This document shows, in pieces, positions 11,214 to 21,899 of a DNA stretch of 59,225 bases. The notes under the pieces were generated by a model. The model was not told where the DNA came from and did not search any database. It saw only the letters and a list, made by a program, of their open reading frames with translations. The position numbers and the translations under genes were made by a program. Source of the stretch: Mustelus asterias (lineage: Eukaryota); contig NW_027590191.1 in the NCBI RefSeq assembly GCF_964213995.1, forward strand, positions 744,001-803,225, given 5' to 3'. Every line of letters begins with the position of its first letter. Within the stretch, counting starts at the first letter, position 1.

Positions 11214-13334
11214 ATGTTTAAGAGGTTTGTCAGTTCTTACGTGTCCTTCTTTATTGGGATCAGGCAGAAATTGGCAGCTCTTGATTGGGAGAGGCTGTTT
11301 GAGGGTAAATCCACATCTGGTATGTGGCAGTCTTTTAAGGAACGGTTGTTAGGGCTACAGGACAAGCATGTGCCTGTAAAAAAGAAGGATAGGAAGGGTA
11401 GGATTAGAGAACCGTGGATAACCAGGGAAATTGAGGGACTGGTCAAAAGGAAAAGAGAGGCGTATGTTAGGTCCAATCAGCTAAAAACGGAGGGAGCTCT
11501 GGAGGAGTATAATGAAAGTAGGAAAATACTCAAACGGGGAATTAGAAGAGCAAAAAGGGGTCACGAAATGTTCTTGGCAGACAGGATTAAGGAGAATCCC
11601 AAGGCATTTTATTCATACGTTAGGAACAAAAGGGTTGTTAGGGAAAAAATCGGACCTCTCAGGGACAAAAGTGGGGACTTATGCTTGGAGCCCAAAGAGG
11701 TAGGGGAGATCCTAAATGAATACTTTACGTCGGTATTCACAAAGGAGAGGGATGTGTTGACTGGGAGTGTCTCAGAGGGGAGTGTTGAACCGTTGGAGAA
11801 AATCTCCATTACAAAGGAGGAAGTGTTAGGTTTGTTAGAGAATATAAAGACTGACAAATCCCCAGGGCCTGATGGAATCTATCCAAGGCTGCTCAGGGAG
11901 ACGAGAGGTGAAATCGTTGGGCCTCTGACGCAAATCTTTGTCTCGTCACTGGACACAGGTGAGGTCCCAGAGGATTGGAGGATAGCCAATGTGGTCCCGT
12001 TATTTAAGAAGGGTAGGAAGGATAACCCGGGTAATTATAGGCCGGTGAGCTTGACGTCCGTGGTGGGGAAGTTGTTGGAGAAGATTCTTAAAGATAGGAT
12101 GTATGCGCATTTAGAAAGGAATAAACTCATTAACGATAGTCAACATGGTTTTGTGAGAGGGAGGTCATGCCTCACGAACCTGGTGGTGTTTTTTGAAGAA
12201 GTGACCAAAATGGTTGACGAAGGAAGGGCCGTGGATGTTGTCTATATGGACTTTAGTAAAGCATTTGACAAAGTCCCTCATGGTAGGCTAGTGAAAAAGG
12301 TTGGATCCCATGGGATAAAGGGGGAGGTGGCTAGATGGATGGAGAACTGGCTTGGTCATAGAAGACAGAGGGTGGTAGTGGAAGGGTCTTTTTCCGGCTG
12401 GAGGCCTGTGACTAGTGGTGTACCGCAGGGCTCTGTATTGGGACCTCTGCTGTTTGTGATTTATATAAATGATCTGGAAGAAGGAGTAACTGGGGTGATC
12501 AGTAAGTTTGCGGACGACACAAAACTGGCAGGACTTGCAGATAGTGAGGAACATTGTCAGAGGCTACAGAAGGATATAGATAGGCTGGAAATTTGGGCAA
12601 GGAAATGGCAGATGGAGTTCAATCCTGATAAATGCGAAGTGATGCATTTTGGTGGGAATAATGTAGGGAGGAGCTACACGATAAATGGAAGAACCATAAA
12701 GGGTGTAGAGACGCAGAGGGACCTGGGTGTGCAAGTCCACAGATCTTTGAAGGTGACGTCACAGGTGGAGAAGGTGGTGAAGAAGGCATATGGCATGCTT
12801 GCCTTTATAGGATGGGGCATAGAGTATAAAAGTTGGGGTCTGATGTTGCAGATGTATAGAACGTTGGTTCGGCCGCATTTGGAATACTGCGTCCAGTTCT
12901 GGTCACCACACTACCAGAAGGACGTGGAGGCTTTGGAGAGAGTACAGAGGAGGTTTACCAGGATGTTGCCTGGTATGGAGGGGCTTGGTTATGAGGAGAG
13001 ATTGGGGAAACTGGGGTTGTTCTCCTTGGAAAGACGGAGGATGAGGGGAGACTTAATAGAGGTGTATAAAATTATGAAAGGCATAGATAGGGTGAACGGT
13101 GGGAAGCTTTTCCCCGGGTCGGTGGTGACGTTCACGAGGGGTCATAGGTTCAAGGTGAAGGGGGGGAGGTTTAACACAGATATCAGAAGGACATATTTGA
13201 CACAGAGGGTCGTGGGGGCCTGGAATGTGTTGCCGGGCAAGGTGGTGGAGGCGGACACACTGGGAACGTTTAAGACTTATCTAGACAGCTATATGAACGG
13301 AGTGGGAATGGAGGGATACAAAAGAGTGGTCTAG
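11214..13334 (+). CDS. CR1 ORF2 fragment (RT domain, no endonuclease)
   Basis: 706-aa open frame with [25 protein letters not shown]; first ~12 codons derive from antisense Tx1 spacer. Confidence 0.8.
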   Translation: MFKRFVSSYVSFFIGIRQKLAALDWERLFEGKSTSGMWQSFKERLLGLQDKHVPVKKKDRKGRIREPWITREIEGLVKRKREAYVRSNQLKTEGALEEYNESRKILKRGIRRAKRGHEMFLADRIKENPKAFYSYVRNKRVVREKIGPLRDKSGDLCLEPKEVGEILNEYFTSVFTKERDVLTGSVSEGSVEPLEKISITKEEVLGLLENIKTDKSPGPDGIYPRLLRETRGEIVGPLTQIFVSSLDTGEVPEDWRIANVVPLFKKGRKDNPGNYRPVSLTSVVGKLLEKILKDRMYAHLERNKLINDSQHGFVRGRSCLTNLVVFFEEVTKMVDEGRAVDVVYMDFSKAFDKVPHGRLVKKVGSHGIKGEVARWMENWLGHRRQRVVVEGSFSGWRPVTSGVPQGSVLGPLLFVIYINDLEEGVTGVISKFADDTKLAGLADSEEHCQRLQKDIDRLEIWARKWQMEFNPDKCEVMHFGGNNVGRSYTINGRTIKGVETQRDLGVQVHRSLKVTSQVEKVVKKAYGMLAFIGWGIEYKSWGLMLQMYRTLVRPHLEYCVQFWSPHYQKDVEALERVQRRFTRMLPGMEGLGYEERLGKLGLFSLERRRMRGDLIEVYKIMKGIDRVNGGKLFPGSVVTFTRGHRFKVKGGRFNTDIRRTYLTQRVVGAWNVLPGKVVEADTLGTFKTYLDSYMNGVGMEGYKRVV

Positions 13335-13873
13335 TTTGGACCAGGGAACGGCGCGGGCTAATTGTTCCTGGTTTCTCGTTTCAAGGCTTCATTCTATGAT
13401 CATCTTGCTGGTGCCAGTACAGAGCGAGACTGCGGATAGTTGGGAACCTGTCTCGGGGGCAGGGAATTCATATGGTGTTCGTGGAAGTGGAAATGACTAG
13501 GGTTGGGAAGCATTTTCCGATCAGGGCCATTGTGATCTCCTGGACTCGTTTCGATCGCCTCAGGGGGTCGGAGAGGAATTTCCCAGATTTTTTTTCCCCA
13601 TATTGGCCCTGGGGTTTTTCACTCTGGGTTTTCGCCTCTCCCTGGAGATCACATGGTCTGGAATGGGGGGGTGGGGGTAGGTTAATAGGTTGTAATGAAC
13701 AAAGCATCGTAGCTGTGAGGGACAGCTCGGTGGATAGGATATTGGTATGTAGATAGGCTGGAAAATTGGGCGGGGATCCTGGATTCAGGATTCAATCCTG
13801 GACCGGGGAGCGGCGCGGGCTTGGGGGGCCGAAGGGCCTGTTCCTGTGCTGTATTGTTCTTTGTTCTTTGTTC
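11250..13873 (+). mobile_element. 5'-truncated CR1 LINE nested in the Tx1 inter-ORF spacer
   Basis: CR1 RT ORF, (TTCTTTG)n tail ending 13873, TTC at both junctions (11247-11249, 13871-13873). Confidence 0.92.
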
Positions 13874-15251
13874 AGTCAGCCTCCTCCAGGTGCTGCATTC
13901 CTGTGGCGCTGACGAAATTCTGCAGGGCTGCAGGGCTGAGGTAGCAGTCCGACCCTGCGTCAGGGCCCCGACCACGACTGGGTGACATGGTCGGTGTCGT
14001 GTAGCCCTCGGTTGGTGCTGGGCTTGCGGCCCGGTCTCCGCCTTGGGCGTTGTCGGTGTCCTCGTTCCTGCTGTCCGGGGCTTCGGGGGCCTCGGCCGCA
14101 CTGCTGCATCCGTCGGCTGGATGGTCCCCGGCTGCTTTGTGGTCGTTGGTCCGAGTCCATTGTGGTTCCCGTGCCGCTTTCCTAATGCGCCGTTTGAGGC
14201 TTTGTCGGTTGCCCGCTTTCTTTTCCTCGTCTGAGGAGACGTCGCCACTGGAGACCCTAGCTGCGCAGGATTTCCTTTTCTGGGTTCTTTTCTTTTTCTT
14301 TACCACCTGCCAGGGGCCCTCGGGATCTCCGTTCTCCTGCTCCGTGTCCTCTGCGCCCTCTGCTGGTGGTGGTGTGGATGTGTCATCATCCTGCTGCACT
14401 CGGGGGTCCACCTTTGCTTCAGAAGCTTTCTCCGTGCCAGCTTCTTTTGGGGTGGGCTTCTTGTTCCCTGAGGCGGCAGGAGCACTCGCCTTCCTCGCTC
14501 CGCCTCCGGTGATCTGGGCGTACGTGACCTTCCGCTTGGGGCAGACTCTGTATACATGGCCAGTCTCCCCACACAGGTTGCAACTTTTGCTTTCTTTGCA
14601 CTCGTCGGTCGAGTGCCCCTCCTTCAGGCAGTTTCTGCATACCGTGACGGTGCAGCTCGCGGCAAAATGGCCGGTTTTGCCACAGTTGCGGCACAGTCGT
14701 GGCTGGCCCGTGTAGTACAGGAAGCCTCGATTCCCTCCGATGGTAAAATTGGAGGGCGGGTGCAGAAGGCCTCCCTTGGGGTCAGTCTTCAGGGTGACTC
14801 TCACTTGCCTATTACAGGTCCATATTCCGTACTGGTCCATGACGTCCACGCTCTCTCCCTTCACCTCCACGTACCTGGAGAGGAACGTCAGCACATCAGC
14901 CGCAGGGACGAAGTGGTTATACATATGAAATGTGATAACCCGGTTCCGCTGGGACGGCATGGTGAACAGGGGCTCCGCCGTCAGGATAGAGAGGGGCCCT
15001 TCTTTGCCTTTCTCCTTCACCGCTGTCAGGAGCTTGAGGCATCCTGACAGGCTCCTGAAGCTGACATCCACGTGCGGCGGCTTGCTGTACTCAGCCACAC
15101 CGTAGACGTCGGCTGCTTGGAATCCGCAGCACTCGAACAATACCTTCTTCACGAGGTAGTCGCGGCCCACAGGCGAGCCTCCTCCCGAAGCCTTCACCCG
15201 GATGGTGTTGGGCTGCCTTTGGCCTGTAGCTTTCAGAGCAGCTGCAGCCAT
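13872..15251 (-). CDS. Tx1/Keno ORF1, gag-like nucleic-acid-binding protein with three CCHC zinc knuckles
   Basis: 459 aa intact; CRNCGKTGHFAASC, CRNCLKEGHSTDEC, CNLCGETGHVYRVC; basic then acidic disordered tail. Confidence 0.92.
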   Translation of the reverse strand: MAAAALKATGQRQPNTIRVKASGGGSPVGRDYLVKKVLFECCGFQAADVYGVAEYSKPPHVDVSFRSLSGCLKLLTAVKEKGKEGPLSILTAEPLFTMPSQRNRVITFHMYNHFVPAADVLTFLSRYVEVKGESVDVMDQYGIWTCNRQVRVTLKTDPKGGLLHPPSNFTIGGNRGFLYYTGQPRLCRNCGKTGHFAASCTVTVCRNCLKEGHSTDECKESKSCNLCGETGHVYRVCPKRKVTYAQITGGGARKASAPAASGNKKPTPKEAGTEKASEAKVDPRVQQDDDTSTPPPAEGAEDTEQENGDPEGPWQVVKKKKRTQKRKSCAARVSSGDVSSDEEKKAGNRQSLKRRIRKAAREPQWTRTNDHKAAGDHPADGCSSAAEAPEAPDSRNEDTDNAQGGDRAASPAPTEGYTTPTMSPSRGRGPDAGSDCYLSPAALQNFVSATGMQHLEEAD

Positions 15252-15444
15252 AGCTCGATAACACTGAGTCTTGCTGTACCGGCGTTAGGTCCAAGCCAGA
15301 GGCTTGAAACCAGCATAAAGATCCACCAGTAGCAGCAGAGCTCAAGTGTTGTAGACGGTCGTCTGCCGGTCGTCTGACGCCTGCTTCTTCAATCCACAAT
15401 CCCCATCGAAACTCGATAGCTCCTTGCGAAATCCGAGCCCTTGG

Positions 15445-15476
15445 CACTTGATCTTAGCCAAAAGGCCGAGAAGCAT
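15445..15476 (-). ncRNA. U2 snRNA 5' fragment fused to the Tx1 5' end (not a full gene)
   Basis: Minus strand (AT)GCTTCTCGGCCTTTTGGCTAAGATCAAGTG; 30/30 match to U2 nt 4-33. Confidence 0.93.
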
Positions 15477-15485
15477 GTGCATTCA

Positions 15486-15720
15486 ATTTTGATTTGATTT
15501 ATTGTCAAATGTATTGGGATCCACTGAAAAGTATTGTTTCTTGCACGCTATACAGACAAAGCATACCTTTCATGGAGTACATGGGGAGAAGGAAAGGATA
15601 GGGTGCAGGTACAGGTAGGGTGAAGAGAAAGATCAGCTTAATATATGATAGGACCATTCAAACATGACAGTAAGGAAGAAGTTGTTCTTGAGTCGTTTGG
15701 TACATGTTTTCAGACTTTTG
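15486..15720 (-). mobile_element. Rex/Babar-like LINE 3' fragment
   Basis: Reverse complement of the tail family at 28556-28782 (..ACAATAAATCAAATCAAA). Confidence 0.55.
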
Positions 15721-16356
15721 CATAAATTTACTGAGAAGGTGGTGGTAGGCTGCCTTCCTTCAGTCCATGTGTTATAGGTACACCCATAGTGCTGTTAGGG
15801 AGGGAATTACAGGATTTTGATCCAGTGACAATGAAGGAACGGTGATGTATTTCCAAGTTAGGAAGGTGTGTGGCTAGGAGGGGAATTTCCAGCAGGTGGT
15901 GTTCCCATGTGTCTGCTGTCCTTGTCCTTCTAGATGATGGTGGTTGTGTGTGTGGGAAGAGATTGACTCAGTCTTTTATCAGCTTTGTTTGTGGGAATAC
16001 ATTTGTTGACAACGGATCCACTGCTTTTCGGTATTTTCCTAATCCACCACAATCCAGTTGCGTCCTCATAACTTCACGGTTACTTCTGTTAGGATTTAAG
16101 ACTCCTGTTTCAGATTGAGTAACATTGTTTTCAAACTTAGTGTAAAATTCTATTATAAATTTATTATATATTTCGCTCTCAGCCAACCTCACTAAAAACA
16201 GATCACCTCTGATCAGCATCACATTTCTGTCTGCGCATCGAGGTACCCTGAGGTTGTGAAAGGCACTATATAAATGAAAATTCTTCCAACTGCAGCCCAG
16301 TTGCTGTGGTTATCAGCAACAGCATCAAGACTCCCCTGTTTTATAATGAACAAGGT

Positions 16357-17118
16357 TCACCCCCGAATCTGATTAACAGCAGTAATAGCTGCAGAATCAG
16401 AACAGTGCAGTTGCTTGTGAACCCGCTGGTGTCTCACAAGGTTGGATGATTGAGTGAATCCCTTCCCACACACTGAGCAGCTGAATGGCCTCTCCCCGGT
16501 GTGAACTTGCTGGTGTCGCAGCAGGATTGATGATTCAGCAAATCCCTTCCCACACACACAGCAGGGGAATGGTCTCTCCCCGGTGTGAACTCGCTTGTGT
16601 CTCAGCAGGGCCGATGACTCAGTGAATCTCTTTCCACACACCCAGCAGGTGAACGGTCTCTCTCCAGTGTGAACTCGCTGGTGTGTCAGCAGGTGGGATG
16701 ACTGAGTGAATCCCTTTCCGCACTGGGAGCAGGTGAAAGGTTTCTCCCCGGTGTGAACCTGCTGGTGTCGCAACATGTTTGAAAATCGAGTGAATCGCTT
16801 TTCACACAAGGGGCAGGTGAATGGACTCATTCCAGTGTGACTGCATTGATGAATTTCCTGATCAGAGGGATAACAGAATCCCTTCCCGGTATCCCCACAT
16901 TGTCCACATGGACTCTCCCCAGTGTGACCAAATCGATTAGTTTCCTGATCAGACGGATAATGGAATACATTCCCAGTATTCCCACATTGTCCACATGGAC
17001 TCTCCCTGTTTTGGTTACACTTGTGCCTTCCCATATCAGTCGATTGGTTGAATCCAGATCCACATGTGGAACACGTGTACAGTTTGTCTTCGCTGTGACT
17101 GCTGCTCTCCCCTTCCAT
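16357..17118 (-). CDS. C2H2 zinc-finger protein A (5 intact + 3 degenerate fingers, no KRAB)
   Basis: 253-aa ORF, TGERPF linkers; stop lost so the frame runs into the shared 3' module. Confidence 0.8.
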   Translation of the reverse strand: MEGESSSHSEDKLYTCSTCGSGFNQSTDMGRHKCNQNRESPCGQCGNTGNVFHYPSDQETNRFGHTGESPCGQCGDTGKGFCYPSDQEIHQCSHTGMSPFTCPLCEKRFTRFSNMLRHQQVHTGEKPFTCSQCGKGFTQSSHLLTHQRVHTGERPFTCWVCGKRFTESSALLRHKRVHTGERPFPCCVCGKGFAESSILLRHQQVHTGERPFSCSVCGKGFTQSSNLVRHQRVHKQLHCSDSAAITAVNQIRG

Positions 17119-17539
17119 GATGCCAATGATATTCAGTCCTGATGAATCGAGCGACTCGGTGAGATTGATGTGATGTCTGGTCTGAGCTTCCTGTTCATTT
17201 AACTATTTATATTAGTAATTACTGTAAAGAAAAAAGGACCATTTCAGGGTGGACAGTTTTATAACTTTACATTATTTTTATTCTCCTGAATCCCACTCTC
17301 CCTCCTCTTTGTTGAAATGAGCCTCTCTCACAATACTTCTGTCCTGCTCAAATGACAACAGCACAGAGGGACAGTGTCCCTTTAAATATGCAGATCACCT
17401 GCCAGCACCACACATGCTCAGTTGGCTCAGGCCAATGGGACCAGCACAGTGCCTCCACAGTGGGCTGCTGGGTAAGGAGCTACAGCAGATGAGCTGGGGT
17501 GGGGTGGGGTGGGGTCAGGTGACGTTACGGGGATTGAAA

Positions 17540-18400
17540 TATCTGGTATTAGTGATGGTGTGGATATGTGGTCAGAAACTCATCTTGGGGTCAAATCTGA
17601 CATGGAGATTGTGAAGAGTGTGATTCAGCTTCAGACAGCTCCCAGGGAGAGGGATGGACTCGGTAGTTAGGGAACAGAATTTGTAGTGGTGACTGAAGAC
17701 AATGACTTTGGTCTTCCCAATTTTTAATTGGAGGAAATTTCTGTTCATCCAGTACTGAATGTGGGATAAGCAGTTTGATAATTTAGTAACAGTGGAGGAA
17801 TGGAGAGGGATGGGTAGAGCTGGGTGTTGTCAGTGTAGATGGGAAAACTAACACGGTGCTTTTGGATGATGTCATTCAGTGGCAGCATGTGGATGAGAAA
17901 TAGGAGGGGCCAAGGATAGATCCTTGGGGCTCACCGAGTTCAGGGGGTTTGGAGAGGAAAGGGAGATTGGAGATGGGGCAATAGTTGGCAAAGACTGTGG
18001 GATTGAGTGTTTTTTTCAGGGTGGGTGATTTCAGAGGATTCAAAAGTGAGGGGGACAGTACCAGGGAAAAGAGAGAACCATTAACAATATCACCAAATGT
18101 GGGGAAGTTGGATGATCAGCAATTTAGTGAGAATAGGGTCGATGGAGCACGGGGTGGGTCTCATGGACAAGATAAACATGGAGAGGGCACGAGGGGAGAT
18201 AGGAGAGAAACTGGAGAAAGATGTCTGTTCTGGGCTTGGTCAAGAGGGAACTTTAGACATGGTTTGTCCCAGTAGGCGAGTGGAAGGGAGGGATACAGCA
18301 GCAGCAGCTGATCGAATTATCTCAATCTTAGTAACAAAGAAGCTTCATGAACTCCTCACACTTGTTGAGGTGAGAATAGAGGAGATGGGCGAGAAAGAGA
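17540..18400 (-). mobile_element. degenerate L2-like LINE fragments
   Basis: Purine-rich plus strand with segments shared with 32740-33110, 35120-35780 and 44620-45070; family assignment from recalled consensus. Confidence 0.5.
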
Positions 18401-18527
18401 CCTTCAGAAGGAACTAACTAATGTTTGAGGTGTTAAAGATTCAACATAATGTGCGAACACAATGTTGACTTATTTAACTTTAATCCAGAGTATTAGCCCA
18501 TGTAACTGGGTTGAAGTTTACCAACTA

Positions 18528-18990
18528 AGCTTTGACAAAGGGTCATCTGGACTTCATAGAAATCATAGAAATCATAGAAACCCTACAGTGCAGAAGGAGG
18601 CCATTCGGCCCATCGAGTCTGCACCGACCACTATCCCACCCAGGCCCTATCCCCACATATTTTACCTGCTAATCCCTCTAACCTACACATCCCAGGACTC
18701 TCAGGGGCAATTTTTTAACCTGGCCAATCAACCTAACCCGCACATCTTTGGACTGTGGGAGGAAACCGGAGCACCCAGAGGAAACCCACGCAGACACGAG
18801 GAGAATGTGCAAACTCCACACAGAAAGTGACCCGAGCCGGGAATCGAACCCAGGACCCTGGAGCTGTGAAGCAGCAGTGCTAACCACTGTGCTACCGTGC
18901 CGCCCGTGACTTGAAACGTCAGCTCTTTTCTCTCTTTAAAGATGCTGCCAGACCTGCTGAGATTTTCCAGCATTTTCTCTTTTGGTTTGA
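18528..18990. mobile_element. Penelope-like terminal repeat (family B) split by a minus-strand HE1 SINE (18554-18905)
   Basis: GGGTCATCTGGACT | HE1 | GACTTGAAACGTC with GACT duplicated; HE1 has tRNA-like head, V-domain and (TTTCTATGA)n tail. Confidence 0.85.
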
Positions 18991-19073
18991 AGTTTACCAA
19001 CATGAACAGAAACAGACCCCAATGAACATGGATCAGTCCTGATCTTATTAACAGTAAAATCTAATCACCTTAG

Positions 19074-20210
19074 TTACCTATGAACTCGCTGGTGTGTCAG
19101 CAGAGGGGATGACTGAGTGAATCCCTTCCCACACTGGGAGCAGGTGAATGGTTTCTCCCCAGTGTGAACTCGCTGATGTACAGTGAGGTCAGATGATGTC
19201 TTGAACCCAGCGTCACAGTGAGAGCACCTGAATGGTTTCTCGTCAGTGTGAACACGTTGATGGCGCATCAGTTCCCCAGAACTTTTAAAGCACTTCTCAC
19301 AGTCTGGACATTTAAAAGGTCTCTCCTCAGTGTGAACTCGTTGATGGTGGAGCAGTTATCGGGAACTTTTGTAGCACTTCCTGCAGTCTGGACATTGAAA
19401 TGGTCTCTTCTCATTGTGAACACTCTGGTGGTTCAGCAGAGTGGATAATTGAGTGAATCCCTTTCCACACTCAGAACAGGTGAAAGGTCTCTCCCCAGTG
19501 TGAATTCGCTGGTGTGTCCGCAGGTTAGATGACCGACTGAACCCATTCCCACACACAGAGCAGGTGAATGGCCTCTCCCCGGTGTGACTACACTGGTGTT
19601 CAATGAGTTGAGATGATTGTTTGAACCCAGTCCCACAGTGAGAGCATCTGAATGGCCTCTCATCACTGTGAGCACGTTGATGGAGTATCAGGTCCCGGGA
19701 ACCTTTATACCACTTCCCAGTCTGGACATTTAAATGGTCTCTCGTCAGTGTGAACTCGCTGGTGCGCCATCAAGTCAGATGACCGAGCGAATCCTTTCTC
19801 ACACTCTGAGCAAGTGAATGGTCTCTTCCCAGTGTGAACTCGCTGGTGTCTCAGCAGGTTGCCTGACTGAGCGAATCCCTTCCCACAGTTGGAACAATTG
19901 AAAGGTCTCTCTCCAGTGTGAACTCGCTGGTGTTGCAGCAGGCTGGATGAGCGAGAGAATCCTTCCCACACTTGGAGCAAATGAATGACCTCTCCCCGGT
20001 GTGTCTGGGCTGATGAGTTTCCAGTTCACATAGAGATCTGAATCCCTCCCCACATTCCCATCGTTTCTCAACACTGTGAACGACACTTTATCCTTCTATT
20101 TTCACGATTCACAAATATTCAGGTTACGATAAATTAGGTGACTTCATTTGAATCTGATGGGATGTTTGGTTTGAGTTTTCTGACTGCAAATCCTCCCCTT
20201 CTGATACCCC
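19074..20210 (-). pseudogene. C2H2 zinc-finger pseudogene B (~11-12 fingers)
   Basis: Finger array broken across several frames (19705-19980, 19356-19556, 19074-19268); shared acceptor appears mutated (CAG to CGG). Confidence 0.85.
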
Positions 20211-20895
20211 GTGGAATTGATCTCAGACAGTAAAATGGGAGCGAGAGAGAACTCACAAAAACAGGTTGTGAAATTGTGAATGAATTTGGTGTTATATGGG
20301 GCTGACAGGAGGGAAAGGTGACCATGAAAGCTGTTGGATCTTTTGTGAAAAGTGATCAGGTTCAATCAGCTCCTTCAGGGAAGGGAGCCTGCCACTCCGT
20401 CTGAGTCTACACATAGATCTGCACGAACACAAGCAATAGGAGCAGGAGTAGACCATTTGGCCTGTTGAGCCGGCTCCAGCCATTCAACATGATCATGGCT
20501 GGTGTTGGTCTTCAATTCCACTTTCCCGCCAGCTCCCCATATCTTTCAGCTCCACCTCCACCGCCCCCCCCTCTCCCCACCCTGCCCCACCCAAGAAACC
20601 AAAAATCTCTCCATCCCATCCTTAAACTTAACCAACGATGAAACATCTACCACCCTGGGCTAGAGAATTCAATGCGACAAGAGAGACAGAAAGAGTAAGA
20701 ATGAGAGAAGTGGGTGGGAGAGACATGGGCAATGGAGAGGCATTTTATAGACCTAGAACAGAGCCACAATTTGATAGAATCTCCGAAACCCTCAACCTCC
20801 ACCACCTGGATGGACCAGGGCAGCAGGAGTATGTGGACACCATCACCTGCAAGCTCCCCTCTGAGCCACGCACCATCCAAATTCGTCTGACATTA

Positions 20896-21028
20896 GACCA
20901 TAAGACCATAAGACATAGGAGCGGAAGTAAGGCCATTCGGCCCATTGAGTCCACTCCACCATTCAATCATGGTTGATTTCAACTCCATTTACCCGCTCTC
21001 TCCCCATAGCCCTTAATTCCTCGAGAAG
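20896..21028 (-). mobile_element. CR1 3' fragment
   Basis: Near-identical to the 3' end of the CR1 at 29509-29640. Confidence 0.85.
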
Positions 21029-21422
21029 AGTGAACCCATTGCACTCAGTTCCTCGCCAGCAACTCTGTCCCTGTCCCTACCAAATGAATGAGACTGAACC
21101 AGACTTTTTTTTTTAAAGGTTATGTGCTCACTCGCATCAAAGCTTGTTCGGCCATCACCGTAGAGCTTACCAGTCTACAAACACTTCCTTTTAAGAAGCA
21201 CCAAATTTTTAAATTTCTCATTCCTGTTTACCTACATAGTTGCAATCATCCAAATTTATGTAATATTTCTCAGCCACACAGGCTCTTAAGCATTTCCGAT
21301 TTTAATCACTCTCCCAGTAATGACCTTTTTCATTTGTCCAAGTCACAAGCTCTGGAATTTCCTCCTTAAGCCGCTCTGATTCTCTACCTCACTCTCCTTC
21401 GTTAAGACTACTCAAAACTGAT

Positions 21423-21707
21423 GGCACAGTGGTTAGCACTGCTGTCTCATAGCGCCAAGGACTCAGGTTCAATTCCAGCCTCTGTGCAGAGTTTGCACAT
21501 TTCCCCGATGTCTGCATGAGTTTCCTCCGGGTGCCCCAGTTTCCTCTCTCACTCCAAAGGTGTGCAGGTTGGGATGAATGGCTATGCTGCATTGCCCCTT
21601 CATGTCAGCAGGGTAAATACGTGGGGTTACAGGAATAGGGTCTGGGTGGGATTGTTGTTGATGCAGTCTCGATGGGCCCAATGGTTTGCACGACAGGGAT
21701 TCTGTGA
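21423..21707 (+). mobile_element. HE1-like V-SINE
   Basis: tRNA-like A/B boxes, GAGTTTGCACATT V-domain, CR1-like tail. Confidence 0.8.
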
Positions 21708-21899
21708 TCTCGTCATTTGGCTCAGTGTCAATTGTTATTTTGTAACATTTCTCCGAATTGCCTTAAAACTTTTATTTTGTTGAAGACACAACATAAATAG
21801 AAATGATTGTCACTGCCCTGGCCATTTATCATTGTTCTGCCTCAATAATAAGAAACTGGAAGCGTGAAGCAGGTTGATTTCTCGTGGAAAAAATAATCA

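Larger units (their letters stand above)
7515..15476 (-). mobile_element. full-length Tx1-clade non-LTR retrotransposon, Keno-like (U2-associated), interrupted by a CR1
   Basis: U2 5' fragment, 5'UTR, CCHC-knuckle ORF1, APE-RT-zinc knuckle ORF2, 3'UTR with AATAAA (~7544-7539) and A tail (7523-7515). Confidence 0.9.

Noticed and set aside
13545-13570. Hammerhead ribozyme on the minus strand of the CR1 3'UTR insert (CTGAGGCGATCGAAAC)
   Set aside because: Core deviates from CUGANGA and no convincing stems I-III.
7770-15447. Numerous antisense and alternate-frame ORFs over the LINEs and ZNF arrays
   Set aside because: Shadows of GC-rich or repetitive coding sequence.
18830-18905. tRNA genes at SINE heads
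   Set aside because: tRNA-derived A/B-box heads continuous with HE1 bodies; no complete cloverleaf evident.
21426-21432. Additional RSS heptamers (CACAGTG in HE1 heads and ZNF exons)
   Set aside because: No nonamer at 12 or 23 nt was noticed and there is no adjacent V, D or J coding sequence.
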